This document shows positions 28,776-37,709 of a stretch of 64,000 nucleotides of DNA, in pieces (the first letter of the stretch is position 1; the number at the start of each line of letters is the position of its first letter). This stretch comes from a bacterium (GTDB taxonomy: Bacteria > Hydrothermota > 32-111). Made by a program: the position numbers and the translations under genes. Below the pieces are notes generated by a model that was not told the origin of the DNA, did not search any database, and worked only from the letters and a program-made list of their open reading frames with translations. The DNA lies in NCBI GenBank assembly GCA_046484245.1, contig JAWOBN010000081.1:320-64319 (forward strand), given 5' to 3'.

Positions 28776-30094
28776 TGAAGAGGATTATCGTTTTTGCTGT
28801 AATACTGACAGCATTTACTGCAATGTATGCGGAAATAGTGGGTGATATAAAGATTGTCAACAATACATACACTGACCCCGGTTTCATCAAGAAGCAGGTA
28901 ACAGTTTCTACAGGTGATACAGTTTCCTTTTCTGATCTGGAGGAATCCGTGAAGAATATCAGACGCATGGAGATATTCGGGAAAATACTCTTTCAGGCAG
29001 TGAAGACAGATTCTTCCTTCATGGAGTTTGTTGACATTGAATCATTGAGCGGGAATAATGCCGGTGATACTGTAACCCTCCATCTGACAGCAAAGGAGAT
29101 GCTCCTTATAATGCCTTCAGCAGGCGCTGAATTCAATCTCCCGGAGACCTGGATGATCCGTCTCGGTATTTCTTTTGAAGACCTCTTCAGGAGAAGACAC
29201 AAGATAGAAGCACTTTTCACATTCGGCACAGTAAGGGAGTTTGCAGTCAATTACTTCATACCGACACTGTACTCAAGGAAGTACAATCTGGAGGTCAAAT
29301 CAGCATACTCCACTGTTACAAAGAATATTCTCGGTATTGAAGAGCTCCACAGGAATATTACTGTGGGCGGCGGTTATACATTCAGCCCCAATATCACGCC
29401 CCTCATTCTTATTGGTTTTGACAGATTGACACTGAAGGATGATACATTCTCGCATGCATATCAGAATAATTTTGCGCAGATGTATGATGAATTCCTCATA
29501 TCCGGATTCAAAGTGAAATTTGACTACAGGGATAATCCATTTTATCCCGAGAATGGTCTGTACAGCGAAATTTACTATAAGAATGACAGGAACTGGTGGA
29601 ATGTGCCTATTGACAGGAATTACCTGAGATTTGACCTGCGGAATTACTCCACTGTGCCCGGAGGTGTGTTTGCAATACGGTCCCTTCTGTTCCTCCAGTC
29701 GGGCACACTTGCTTATTATGACAATATACAGCCTGAGGCATTGGAAAACAGGGCTGCTGATGATTCTCTTATAACAGGACTCAACCGTATCACACTTTCT
29801 GCAGAGTACAGGTACTCAATCAGGCCGCTCTATATGGAATTTGACCTGCCTGTTGCCGGTTCATTCAGCATGGGGACAATGCTTGTGGCTTTTGCTGATT
29901 TCTCATACATAAGCCCTTCCCTCAGCACATTCAATCCTGCTGAGTATGAGAATTACCGGGGCGGCGTGGGTGCGGGCATTCGGCTATATTCCGGTATTTT
30001 CAATATTCTCGGTATTGATGTGGGATATAATATCAATAAGAGGGGACTTGACGGTATTAAGTATAATCTTGCTGTATTTTCGTGGAATTTCTGA
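28775..30094 (+). CDS. Omp85-family outer-membrane beta-barrel with a single POTRA-like domain
   Basis: Signal peptide and an N-terminal POTRA-like segment. The C-terminal RGGVGAGIRLYSGIFNILGIDVGY resembles the bacterial surface antigen barrel terminus. The gene terminates with an aromatic residue (WNF). Confidence 0.6.
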   Translation: MKRIIVFAVILTAFTAMYAEIVGDIKIVNNTYTDPGFIKKQVTVSTGDTVSFSDLEESVKNIRRMEIFGKILFQAVKTDSSFMEFVDIESLSGNNAGDTVTLHLTAKEMLLIMPSAGAEFNLPETWMIRLGISFEDLFRRRHKIEALFTFGTVREFAVNYFIPTLYSRKYNLEVKSAYSTVTKNILGIEELHRNITVGGGYTFSPNITPLILIGFDRLTLKDDTFSHAYQNNFAQMYDEFLISGFKVKFDYRDNPFYPENGLYSEIYYKNDRNWWNVPIDRNYLRFDLRNYSTVPGGVFAIRSLLFLQSGTLAYYDNIQPEALENRAADDSLITGLNRITLSAEYRYSIRPLYMEFDLPVAGSFSMGTMLVAFADFSYISPSLSTFNPAEYENYRGGVGAGIRLYSGIFNILGIDVGYNINKRGLDGIKYNLAVFSWNF

Positions 30095-32440
30095 TCATCT
30101 CAGCTGAAGGCCGTGTTCTTTCAGATATGAGATGAACCTTTCCCTGAGGGACTGCAGCATCTCATTATCAGGGGTCTTTTCCCTGCTGGAGAGGGTGAAT
30201 CTGTATGTTACTGATTTATATCCCTCATCAATGCCCTTGCCGGAATAGATAGCTGTAATCTCACTCTCCTTGATAAGCTCATCCCTGAAACCTTCTACAA
30301 TCCGTCTCAGTGAACTGAAACTCATGCTGTCCGGCTTCATTATGGAGAAATCAGCGCGTGATATGGGATAGGGGGAGAATTGCTCAAATCCGGCAGTTTC
30401 CCTTTCCAGGAGAAATGCTTCCATATCAATCTGGCATAATGCCGCATTAACCTTTTTATCAAACAATTTATTGTGCAGTGGATTGAGCGCGCCTGTTATG
30501 CCGCATGTTCTGTCCCTGAATCGGATATCCGCTGTCATGCCCGGTTTGAGTAAGCTGGTGTCACCGGAAGGTGAATAATCCGGCAATTGACTGTAAACAC
30601 CATGGAACAGTGTATTGACAATCTTCTTCATCTCAAGGAATGTGTTCTCATCCCCGTTCTTTGCTTTCTCATTGATTATTACAAGACCCAGTGCCTCTTT
30701 CTCCTCATTGTGCGGGAAAATCCTGCCGATATCAAAGAGCCTGAAAGAGTCATAGAATTTCAGGTTCTCCAGAGAAAACCTGAGCATTGTTGTGAGCATT
30801 GAATCGCGCAGCAGGGTATTAACAGAACTCACCGGATTCCTCAATTCAATGGAGCATGTTGTATTGTACTGTATCTGTTTGAGGAAGTCATTGTCATGCC
30901 ATATATATGAATCAGTCTCATTCATGTCAAATTGCTGCGCCAGTATATCCTTTATCCTTACTGCAGTATCCCTCTCATTATTGAAATCAGGGACAGACAG
31001 TGTCATTGCAGGGAGTGAGGCTTCTATTTCATTGTATCCGTAGATCCTGGCAATCTCCTCTACAATGTCCTCCCTGATGGAGACATCCTTGGTGCTTCTG
31101 AATGTCGGTGCTGTGACAGTGAGTTTATTACTGTCAATATCAGTGTCAAAGCCCAGTGCAGAGAGTATGTCAACTATGGTTTCATTGCTTATATCAGCAC
31201 CTATTGTATTCCTTATGAAATCCGTATCTGTTTTGATGATATTCCTCGTGAATGGATTTAAATTAATGTCAGTGAGAGCTGAGAGGAACTCTATGTCAGG
31301 CTGAATCTCACTGAGGAGCAGAATGTAACGGAGTGCGGCAGTCAGTGCATATTCAGGGTCCAGTGATTTCTCAAACCGTGAAGATGAATCTGTCCTGAGA
31401 CCCAGTGCAGAACTTGTCTTTCTTATTGCTCCTGCATTGAATGCAGCTGATTCAAGGAACAGTGAAGTGGAATCCTTATTGATCTCACTGTTGCCTCCGC
31501 CCATAATGCCGGCAATTGCCACAGGGCCATCCTGACTGTTTATCATCAGAGTACCTGAAGGAAGCTCCCTCTCTTCATTGTCCAGTGTTGTGTATTTTGT
31601 TGAACCCTCGGTACTGTCAATAATTATCCCTTCAATCTTTGAGCCGTCAAATGAATGCATTGGCTGGCCCAGTTCTGTCATCACATAATTGGTCAGATCA
31701 ACAATAGTATTACGCGGCACATGACCGGTTCTCATCAGGCGCGCCTGTATATTGAGAGGCGAGTTGTCAGCCCTGATATTGCCGATTTTGATACCTGCAT
31801 ACCTGTAGCAGAGCTCCCTGTCTCTTATCTCAATAGGGAAATCATTGTCAGCATCAATATCACTCATATCAAATACATGATAATCCTTCAGATCACGGCC
31901 CAGTATAGCTGCGACCTCGCGGGCAAAACCGTAAATACCCCAGAGATCAGGCCTGTGCGTGAGGGATTTGTTGTCAATTTCAATAATATGGTCATTGAAA
32001 TCAATAATATTGTCAATATCAATACCCGGTTCAATATCCTGCATTTCTATGAGCCCGCTGTGGTCATTGTTTATGCCCAGCTCCCTGCCTGAAAGGAGCA
32101 TGCCCTGTGAAACAGTGTCTGCAACTTCCTTCCTGCCTATTTCAGAACCGTCTATCATACCGCCCGGTTTGACAAAGAATGTTATGAGACCTTCTCTTGT
32201 ATTGGGTGCACCGGAAATAACTGTGTAATCCTTATCCGCCTTTACAGTGCACTTGAAATATTTCTCGTCTATTTTTTCACATTTTTCAATACTGGCAGAC
32301 ATTATACCGGTAAAATGCTCCTCAACAGAGTAAACCCCCTCTGTTTCAGCTGTCTTTAGTGTCAGTATCTCAGCCAGTTCACGGGCATTGATGTCATCAA
32401 GGTCAACAAAGTCATTGAGCCAATTATAGGATAATTTCAT
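30095..32440 (-). CDS. pheT: Phenylalanine--tRNA ligase beta subunit
   Basis: 781 aa with the PheT architecture: an N-terminal tRNA-binding domain, B3/B4 and B5 domains, and a C-terminal anticodon-binding domain. Lies downstream of pheS. Confidence 0.9.
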   Translation of the reverse strand: MKLSYNWLNDFVDLDDINARELAEILTLKTAETEGVYSVEEHFTGIMSASIEKCEKIDEKYFKCTVKADKDYTVISGAPNTREGLITFFVKPGGMIDGSEIGRKEVADTVSQGMLLSGRELGINNDHSGLIEMQDIEPGIDIDNIIDFNDHIIEIDNKSLTHRPDLWGIYGFAREVAAILGRDLKDYHVFDMSDIDADNDFPIEIRDRELCYRYAGIKIGNIRADNSPLNIQARLMRTGHVPRNTIVDLTNYVMTELGQPMHSFDGSKIEGIIIDSTEGSTKYTTLDNEERELPSGTLMINSQDGPVAIAGIMGGGNSEINKDSTSLFLESAAFNAGAIRKTSSALGLRTDSSSRFEKSLDPEYALTAALRYILLLSEIQPDIEFLSALTDINLNPFTRNIIKTDTDFIRNTIGADISNETIVDILSALGFDTDIDSNKLTVTAPTFRSTKDVSIREDIVEEIARIYGYNEIEASLPAMTLSVPDFNNERDTAVRIKDILAQQFDMNETDSYIWHDNDFLKQIQYNTTCSIELRNPVSSVNTLLRDSMLTTMLRFSLENLKFYDSFRLFDIGRIFPHNEEKEALGLVIINEKAKNGDENTFLEMKKIVNTLFHGVYSQLPDYSPSGDTSLLKPGMTADIRFRDRTCGITGALNPLHNKLFDKKVNAALCQIDMEAFLLERETAGFEQFSPYPISRADFSIMKPDSMSFSSLRRIVEGFRDELIKESEITAIYSGKGIDEGYKSVTYRFTLSSREKTPDNEMLQSLRERFISYLKEHGLQLR

Positions 32441-32441
32441 A

Positions 32442-33470
32442 TTAATTCCTGAATTGTCTTAAGAATCTCAGATCTCCGCTGTTAAGGAGCCGGATATCAT
32501 GTATATTGAATTTCATCATTGCAAGGCGTGTAAGACCCAGTCCGAATGCAAATCCATTGAACTGCTCTGAATCAATACCGCTCATCTCAAGCACATTGGG
32601 GTGCACCATGCCGCAGGGCATCAGTTCCAGCCATCCGCTGCCGGAGCAGGTACTGCAGCCCCTGCCTCCGCAGATGAGGCATCTGATGTCCAGTTCAAAA
32701 CCCGGTTCAACGAATGGGAAATAACCCGGTCTGAGGCGCACTTCAACATCCTCATGGAATATCTCACAGAGCAGTGTCTTCATTGTTCCTATGAGATGCC
32801 CGACAGTGATATTCCTGTCAATAAGCAGGCCCTCCATCTGATAGAAGGTGTTTTCATGTGAAGCATCCATTGCCTCATATCTGAAGCATTTACCGGGTGA
32901 TATTATCCTGAGGGGTGCTCCGTATTTCTCCATTGCATGAACCTGACATGTGGATGTCTGTGTTCTGAGCAGCTTGCCATTATTCAGCCAGAATGTGTCC
33001 TGCATATCCCTGGCAGGGTGGTCTTCTGGAATATTAAGTGCCTCAAAATTATAGTATTCACTGTCCATCTCAGGACCTGTGACTATTGTAAAGCCCATGC
33101 CTGTCAGTATGCGCTCCAATTCCCTCTGTACAATCTCTATTGGATGCAGTGAGCCCCTGTCATTAATGAAAACAGGTGTTGTCACATCAAACTCTGACTG
33201 ATTCTTCCTGGACACAGATTCCTCTTCAAGGTCTTTAATACGGTCTTTTAGTGTCTTCTCAATCCTGTTCTTCAGTATATTGACATCACGGCCGAATTGC
33301 TTTCTCTCCTCTCTGTCTTCAATACTGCCTATGCCGGAGAGCATTTCCTTCAATTCGGATTTCTTGCCCAGATACTTGACCCTCAGTTCACCCAGTGCCT
33401 TGAGGTCATCCTTTGACTGCTCATATTCACTTTCAAAATGTGAAAATAATTCCTTTAATTTCTCATTCAT
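32442..33470 (-). CDS. pheS: Phenylalanine--tRNA ligase alpha subunit
   Basis: Class II aminoacyl-tRNA synthetase motifs and PheS length, with a coiled-coil N-terminus. Confidence 0.9.
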   Translation of the reverse strand: MNEKLKELFSHFESEYEQSKDDLKALGELRVKYLGKKSELKEMLSGIGSIEDREERKQFGRDVNILKNRIEKTLKDRIKDLEEESVSRKNQSEFDVTTPVFINDRGSLHPIEIVQRELERILTGMGFTIVTGPEMDSEYYNFEALNIPEDHPARDMQDTFWLNNGKLLRTQTSTCQVHAMEKYGAPLRIISPGKCFRYEAMDASHENTFYQMEGLLIDRNITVGHLIGTMKTLLCEIFHEDVEVRLRPGYFPFVEPGFELDIRCLICGGRGCSTCSGSGWLELMPCGMVHPNVLEMSGIDSEQFNGFAFGLGLTRLAMMKFNIHDIRLLNSGDLRFLRQFRN

Positions 33471-33612
33471 AGCTTCTTATTTTACATTGAAACAGAGAAT
33501 TTTCAAGGGAAAATATCTATGATTGATGTGACGCTTAAGAGAATTAATTGATTTTGCCCAAAACAGTTCAAAATCTCCTATAATATCGCCTAAAACTGCC
33601 TTTACACAATTT

Positions 33613-33774
33613 CTGTCCAAATCCCGGGGACAGCCCTTCACATTCTTCACGTTTTACAAAATGAGAGATATTCAAATACAGAAATAATTAAACTTAGAAA
33701 ATAAGCTATTGTAAGCTCTGGAATAATTAAACATAATTGTGAAAGATATGAAAGGCTGTCCCCGGGATTTGGAG
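33613..33774. mobile_element. MITE-like palindromic element, about 160 bp, bounded by a 20-22 bp inverted repeat CTGTCCAAATCCCGGGGACAGCC / GGCTGTCCCCGGGATTTGGA
   Basis: The inverted repeat was read directly at 33613-33635 and 33754-33773. The sequence between the arms is AT-rich and non-coding. The element belongs to the same repeat family as the elements at 48215-49094. Confidence 0.55.
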
Positions 33775-33999
33775 GGTATTTTGACAAAATGAGGGGGAAG
33801 GGACAGTGGTTGAAAATGGTGTCAGTTTGATGTGAAGCTATACGGTAATATACGGTGTTTAAAAAGATGTAAAAAACGGATTGAAAAATCAGGAATTATC
33901 AGTATTATGAAGATACATAAAATTAAATAGAAAGGTTATGTTCTAGGTGAAAGCCATCCAGACCTTGGTTTGGGTGGCTTTTGTCATTCAGGGGGTTAG

Positions 34000-34626
34000 A
34001 TGATTAGAAATAACTTTCTCAAGGATTACGATTTTTCATTGCTTCTGGGGCATTCTCTGATAAGATATGACAGCAGTAAGATCAATACAGACAACACAGC
34101 TCTGATTGTAGTTGATATGCAGAGATTCTTCACAGACACGTCCAGTCCCGCCTTTATTCCCTCTGCCAGCACCATTACAGGCAGTATCAGTGCTCTTATG
34201 GAGGCATTCACTCAAAGCCGTAAACCTGTAATTCTCACAAGGCATATCAATAATGAGGGTAATGCAGGCATGATGAAGGAGCGGTACTCAAAATTAATCA
34301 CATCAGAGAGTGAATTGTCTCTCATTGACAGCTGTTTTATAAGAGATGGTGTTAAGACAGTGGAGAAGACACAGTTCAATGCATTCTACAATTCACAGCT
34401 TGAAGAGTATCTCAGAAATGCAGATATCAGCAGGGTCATCCTGACCGGCGTAATGACAGAGAGATGTCTGTCAACCACAGCAAGGGAGGCTTTTGTCAGG
34501 GGATATGAACCAATCATACCTGTTGACTGTACTGCAACCTATTACAGGCAGGTGTATGAGTCCGCACTGATATCCCTATCAAACAGTGTAGCGGAACTCT
34601 CTTTAATGGGGGACATTGATGTATGA
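34000..34626 (+). CDS. Isochorismatase-family cysteine hydrolase
   Basis: The N-terminal motif TALIVVDMQRFF is isochorismatase-like and a catalytic Cys lies in the TGVMTERC region. Length 208 aa. Confidence 0.75.
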   Translation: MIRNNFLKDYDFSLLLGHSLIRYDSSKINTDNTALIVVDMQRFFTDTSSPAFIPSASTITGSISALMEAFTQSRKPVILTRHINNEGNAGMMKERYSKLITSESELSLIDSCFIRDGVKTVEKTQFNAFYNSQLEEYLRNADISRVILTGVMTERCLSTTAREAFVRGYEPIIPVDCTATYYRQVYESALISLSNSVAELSLMGDIDV

Positions 34627-35434
34627 TGTGATTATCATAGGAGCCGGTGTGGCAGGCATCAGCTGCGCACTTCAGCTGGAGAATGAGGGTATTGATTATA
34701 TACTGTTTGAGAAGAATAATGCAGGGGGACTGATAGAGCAGTCTTACAGGGTATATAATAATCCTTTCTACTCTGAGCCTGTAAGCGGGAAGACGGTAGC
34801 AGAGAGCCTCCGCAATACAGTGAGGAACCGGCGGTTTAATATTGCCTTTGAGGAGGTCAACTCTGCTCACTATAAGAGTGAATTCACAGTGAATACTTCT
34901 TCAGGCAGGAGTTACAGTTCGCATTATCTTGTACTTGCAACAGGGAGTGTCCCACGCAGACCGGATTTTGATATAAGCAATACGCACAGGATATTCTTCA
35001 GTCCCTGTGACAGAATGCGCAGTAAAAATATTGCTGTATACGGGGGAGGGGATATTGCACTGGATTATTCGCTGACACTCAGTGAAATGACGGACAGTGT
35101 AACAGTCATAACCAGAAGCAGTGTGAAAGCTAATAAAACACTCATTGAGGCAGTAAAAGCAAAGGGTATTGCAGTATATCAGAACAGAGAGGTGACGGAT
35201 ATAATTGAAACAGACGGTCAGCTGAGAGTGAATTTTCCCGATGGATATGAGCAGTATGATTATATGGTCATTGCAATAGGGAGAGCGCCTGACAGGAGAT
35301 TGATTGATGATATTGACTCAGAGGAGTTATTTATAATAGGAGATGCACTGGGCAGATGCAGGCAGACAGGATGTGCATTTGCAGAAGGTATAAAAGCAGG
35401 AATGGGAATATCAAGGAGTATATATGAAAGTTGA
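34616..35434 (+). CDS. FAD-dependent pyridine nucleotide-disulfide oxidoreductase (thioredoxin reductase-like, 272 aa)
   Basis: GxGxxG dinucleotide-binding motif DVIIIGAGVAGISCA and a second Rossmann motif VYGGGDIALD. Confidence 0.7.
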   Translation: MMYDVIIIGAGVAGISCALQLENEGIDYILFEKNNAGGLIEQSYRVYNNPFYSEPVSGKTVAESLRNTVRNRRFNIAFEEVNSAHYKSEFTVNTSSGRSYSSHYLVLATGSVPRRPDFDISNTHRIFFSPCDRMRSKNIAVYGGGDIALDYSLTLSEMTDSVTVITRSSVKANKTLIEAVKAKGIAVYQNREVTDIIETDGQLRVNFPDGYEQYDYMVIAIGRAPDRRLIDDIDSEELFIIGDALGRCRQTGCAFAEGIKAGMGISRSIYES

Positions 35435-36308
35435 AATATTGAAGGGCAATGAGATAGCAGAAGTTTACGGCATATACACCGGTGACGGCAGATGTGAAGC
35501 AGTTATATCAAGGCCCGGAACCGATAAACTCGTCTTCATTCTCTCCACATTATACGGTTGTCCTGTGGGATGCAGTTTCTGCGACGCATCCCTTGAATAC
35601 AGGGGTAAGATAAGCCACGGGGATTTGATAAGGCAGTATGAAGCACTGCTTGAAAGGAGTGAACCCCCCGGTAATTTCAGCAAGTTCAAGATACAATTTT
35701 CGCGCATGGGTGAACCTGCATATAACAGGGATGTGCTTGAAGCCATAAGGACAATACTGGATAATAACAAGTATGATCCTGTTATATCGATTTCAACAAT
35801 AGCGCCTCTTTATACTGATAAATTCTTCCAGGAACTCAAAATACTCCTCAAACACTATGGGAGCAGGTATGATTTCCAGATACAGTTTTCCCTGCATTCA
35901 ACAGACAGAAAGCAGAGGGATACGCTCATGCCGGCAAAGAAGATGAGTTTTATGCACTTGGGCAAGACAGGCAGTGCATTAAAACAGTATATACGCCGGA
36001 AAATTACCCTCAACTTCGCACTGCACAGCAAAAGCATTATTGACCCTGACAAATTGAAGAAACATTTTGATCCGGAGATATTCATACTGAAATTTACCCC
36101 TGTAAATCCCACTGCTTCTTCCCGGAAAAGCAGTATTGACACGACTGATGACAGCAATGCCTGGAACCGGTTCAGTCATATTATTGAAAAATGCTCCCGG
36201 GCAGGTTATGATGTGATTGAATCAGTAGGTGATTTCAGGGAGAATGCGGTGAATTCCAATTGCGGACAGTATGTATTTGACTCAGCAATCAGCAGGGAAG
36301 TGTCATGA
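35424..36308 (+). CDS. Radical SAM enzyme resembling the RlmN/Cfr core but lacking the N-terminal accessory domain
   Basis: CPVGCSFC is a CxxxCxxC motif and sits at residue 45. MGEPAYN resembles the RlmN GMGEPL motif. Confidence 0.55.
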   Translation: MKVEILKGNEIAEVYGIYTGDGRCEAVISRPGTDKLVFILSTLYGCPVGCSFCDASLEYRGKISHGDLIRQYEALLERSEPPGNFSKFKIQFSRMGEPAYNRDVLEAIRTILDNNKYDPVISISTIAPLYTDKFFQELKILLKHYGSRYDFQIQFSLHSTDRKQRDTLMPAKKMSFMHLGKTGSALKQYIRRKITLNFALHSKSIIDPDKLKKHFDPEIFILKFTPVNPTASSRKSSIDTTDDSNAWNRFSHIIEKCSRAGYDVIESVGDFRENAVNSNCGQYVFDSAISREVS

Positions 36309-36967
36309 AGGCGCTTCTACTGAATTTAACAATGCATTCACTCTCCGGTCTGGTTTATTTCATCAGTGCAGGGGCAATGACATCAGAGGGTATTACTGCA
36401 TACAGCATAATACTCAGTATTGTTATTACTGCCTATATTCTTGTATTCATATGGAACAGGGAGCTCATTGATGCGCGGGGCAGAAATCATCCGTCCACCA
36501 AGAGCTGGGATAAGAAATTACTTGGTTTAATTTTCATATTCTATATGATCATACTGCCATCAGTGTCCGGGCTTGACAGCAGGCTGAACTGGTCTGAAAC
36601 CCCTTCATATTTTCAGTTAACAGGTATTCTACTGTATTTGGCTGCGTCTTTATTAATCATATCATCAATGGTCGTCAACAGGCATTTTGAAGCAACATCA
36701 GCAATTCAAGATGACCGCGACCACAGGGTTGTCAGGAATGGACCTTACAGATTCATAAGGCATCCGGGATATCTTGGTATGAGCCTTGCAAATATTGCAT
36801 ATCCTATGATGATCATGTCAATTGCCGGTTTTATTCCTGCCGGAATGATGATTATAATCATTGCTGTTAGGACATATCTTGAAGACAATATGCTCTATAA
36901 TGAACTTCCGGGATATAAGTCATATTCAGCTGTCACCAGATACCGTATGCTTCCCTTTATCTGGTGA
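36305..36967 (+). CDS. Isoprenylcysteine carboxyl methyltransferase (ICMT)/PEMT-family membrane methyltransferase
   Basis: Multi-TM protein with the C-terminal family motif RHPGYLG...E. Confidence 0.7.
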   Translation: MKALLLNLTMHSLSGLVYFISAGAMTSEGITAYSIILSIVITAYILVFIWNRELIDARGRNHPSTKSWDKKLLGLIFIFYMIILPSVSGLDSRLNWSETPSYFQLTGILLYLAASLLIISSMVVNRHFEATSAIQDDRDHRVVRNGPYRFIRHPGYLGMSLANIAYPMMIMSIAGFIPAGMMIIIIAVRTYLEDNMLYNELPGYKSYSAVTRYRMLPFIW

Positions 36968-37154
36968 TTTCAATCAGATAAAGCAGCAGAAAATTGTTCT
37001 CAGATTGAATAGAAGAAAATGTTTAAAGTGTCTTACAAATAAAAGCCTGATCTAAAGTACTCTACTCAAAGAATAACTGGGGATTGACTCAGTCTATGAT
37101 GAGCATATAATTTTAGCAATACGAAAACAATAGTAAAATAATGGAGGAAGCAGT

Positions 37155-37709
37155 ATGAAAAAAATTATTATCATAATCTTCACTGTGCTTGCAGTTGTGT
37201 CAGTCAATGCAAAATTGCTCAGCATAGAGATAAGCCCCACATTCGCGCAGCCGCTTTCGGGTTTTCGTGACAATACAAAATCCGGTCTTGGTTTCAAGGC
37301 AGGTCCCAATTTGCATCTGCTCGGTTTCCTTGATATCAGTGCAGGTGTAGGATATCTTACATGGGCTGGTCCAGACAATGCAATGATGTCAGTCAGCTAT
37401 AAGTCAATCCCCGTGTTTGCCGGTATGAAGATATATCCGTTCAAATTCATGGGCATACCCGCTGTTCCGGGTGAACCGTTTTTCTATATGGAACCGGGTA
37501 TCAATATTTTCACTACTGAAACAGATTTCTTCACAGGCAATACAAATACTGACAAAGAGAACCTCACAGGTATATGCATTGGTGCGGGATACAGGATATT
37601 CCCCGGTAAATTCGGAATGAATGTAAAACTGGACTATAATTATTTCAGTGGTAATGATCCGAAGGGTTTTATGGGGATATCAATAGGTATTCTATATACA
37701 TTGATTTAG
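37155..37709 (+). CDS. Small outer-membrane beta-barrel protein (OmpW/OmpA-N-like, 184 aa)
   Basis: Signal peptide, alternating amphipathic beta-strands and a C-terminal aromatic-rich end. Confidence 0.55.
   Translation: MKKIIIIIFTVLAVVSVNAKLLSIEISPTFAQPLSGFRDNTKSGLGFKAGPNLHLLGFLDISAGVGYLTWAGPDNAMMSVSYKSIPVFAGMKIYPFKFMGIPAVPGEPFFYMEPGINIFTTETDFFTGNTNTDKENLTGICIGAGYRIFPGKFGMNVKLDYNYFSGNDPKGFMGISIGILYTLI

Noticed and set aside
31655-32092. 145-aa plus-strand ORF
   Set aside because: Antisense to pheT.
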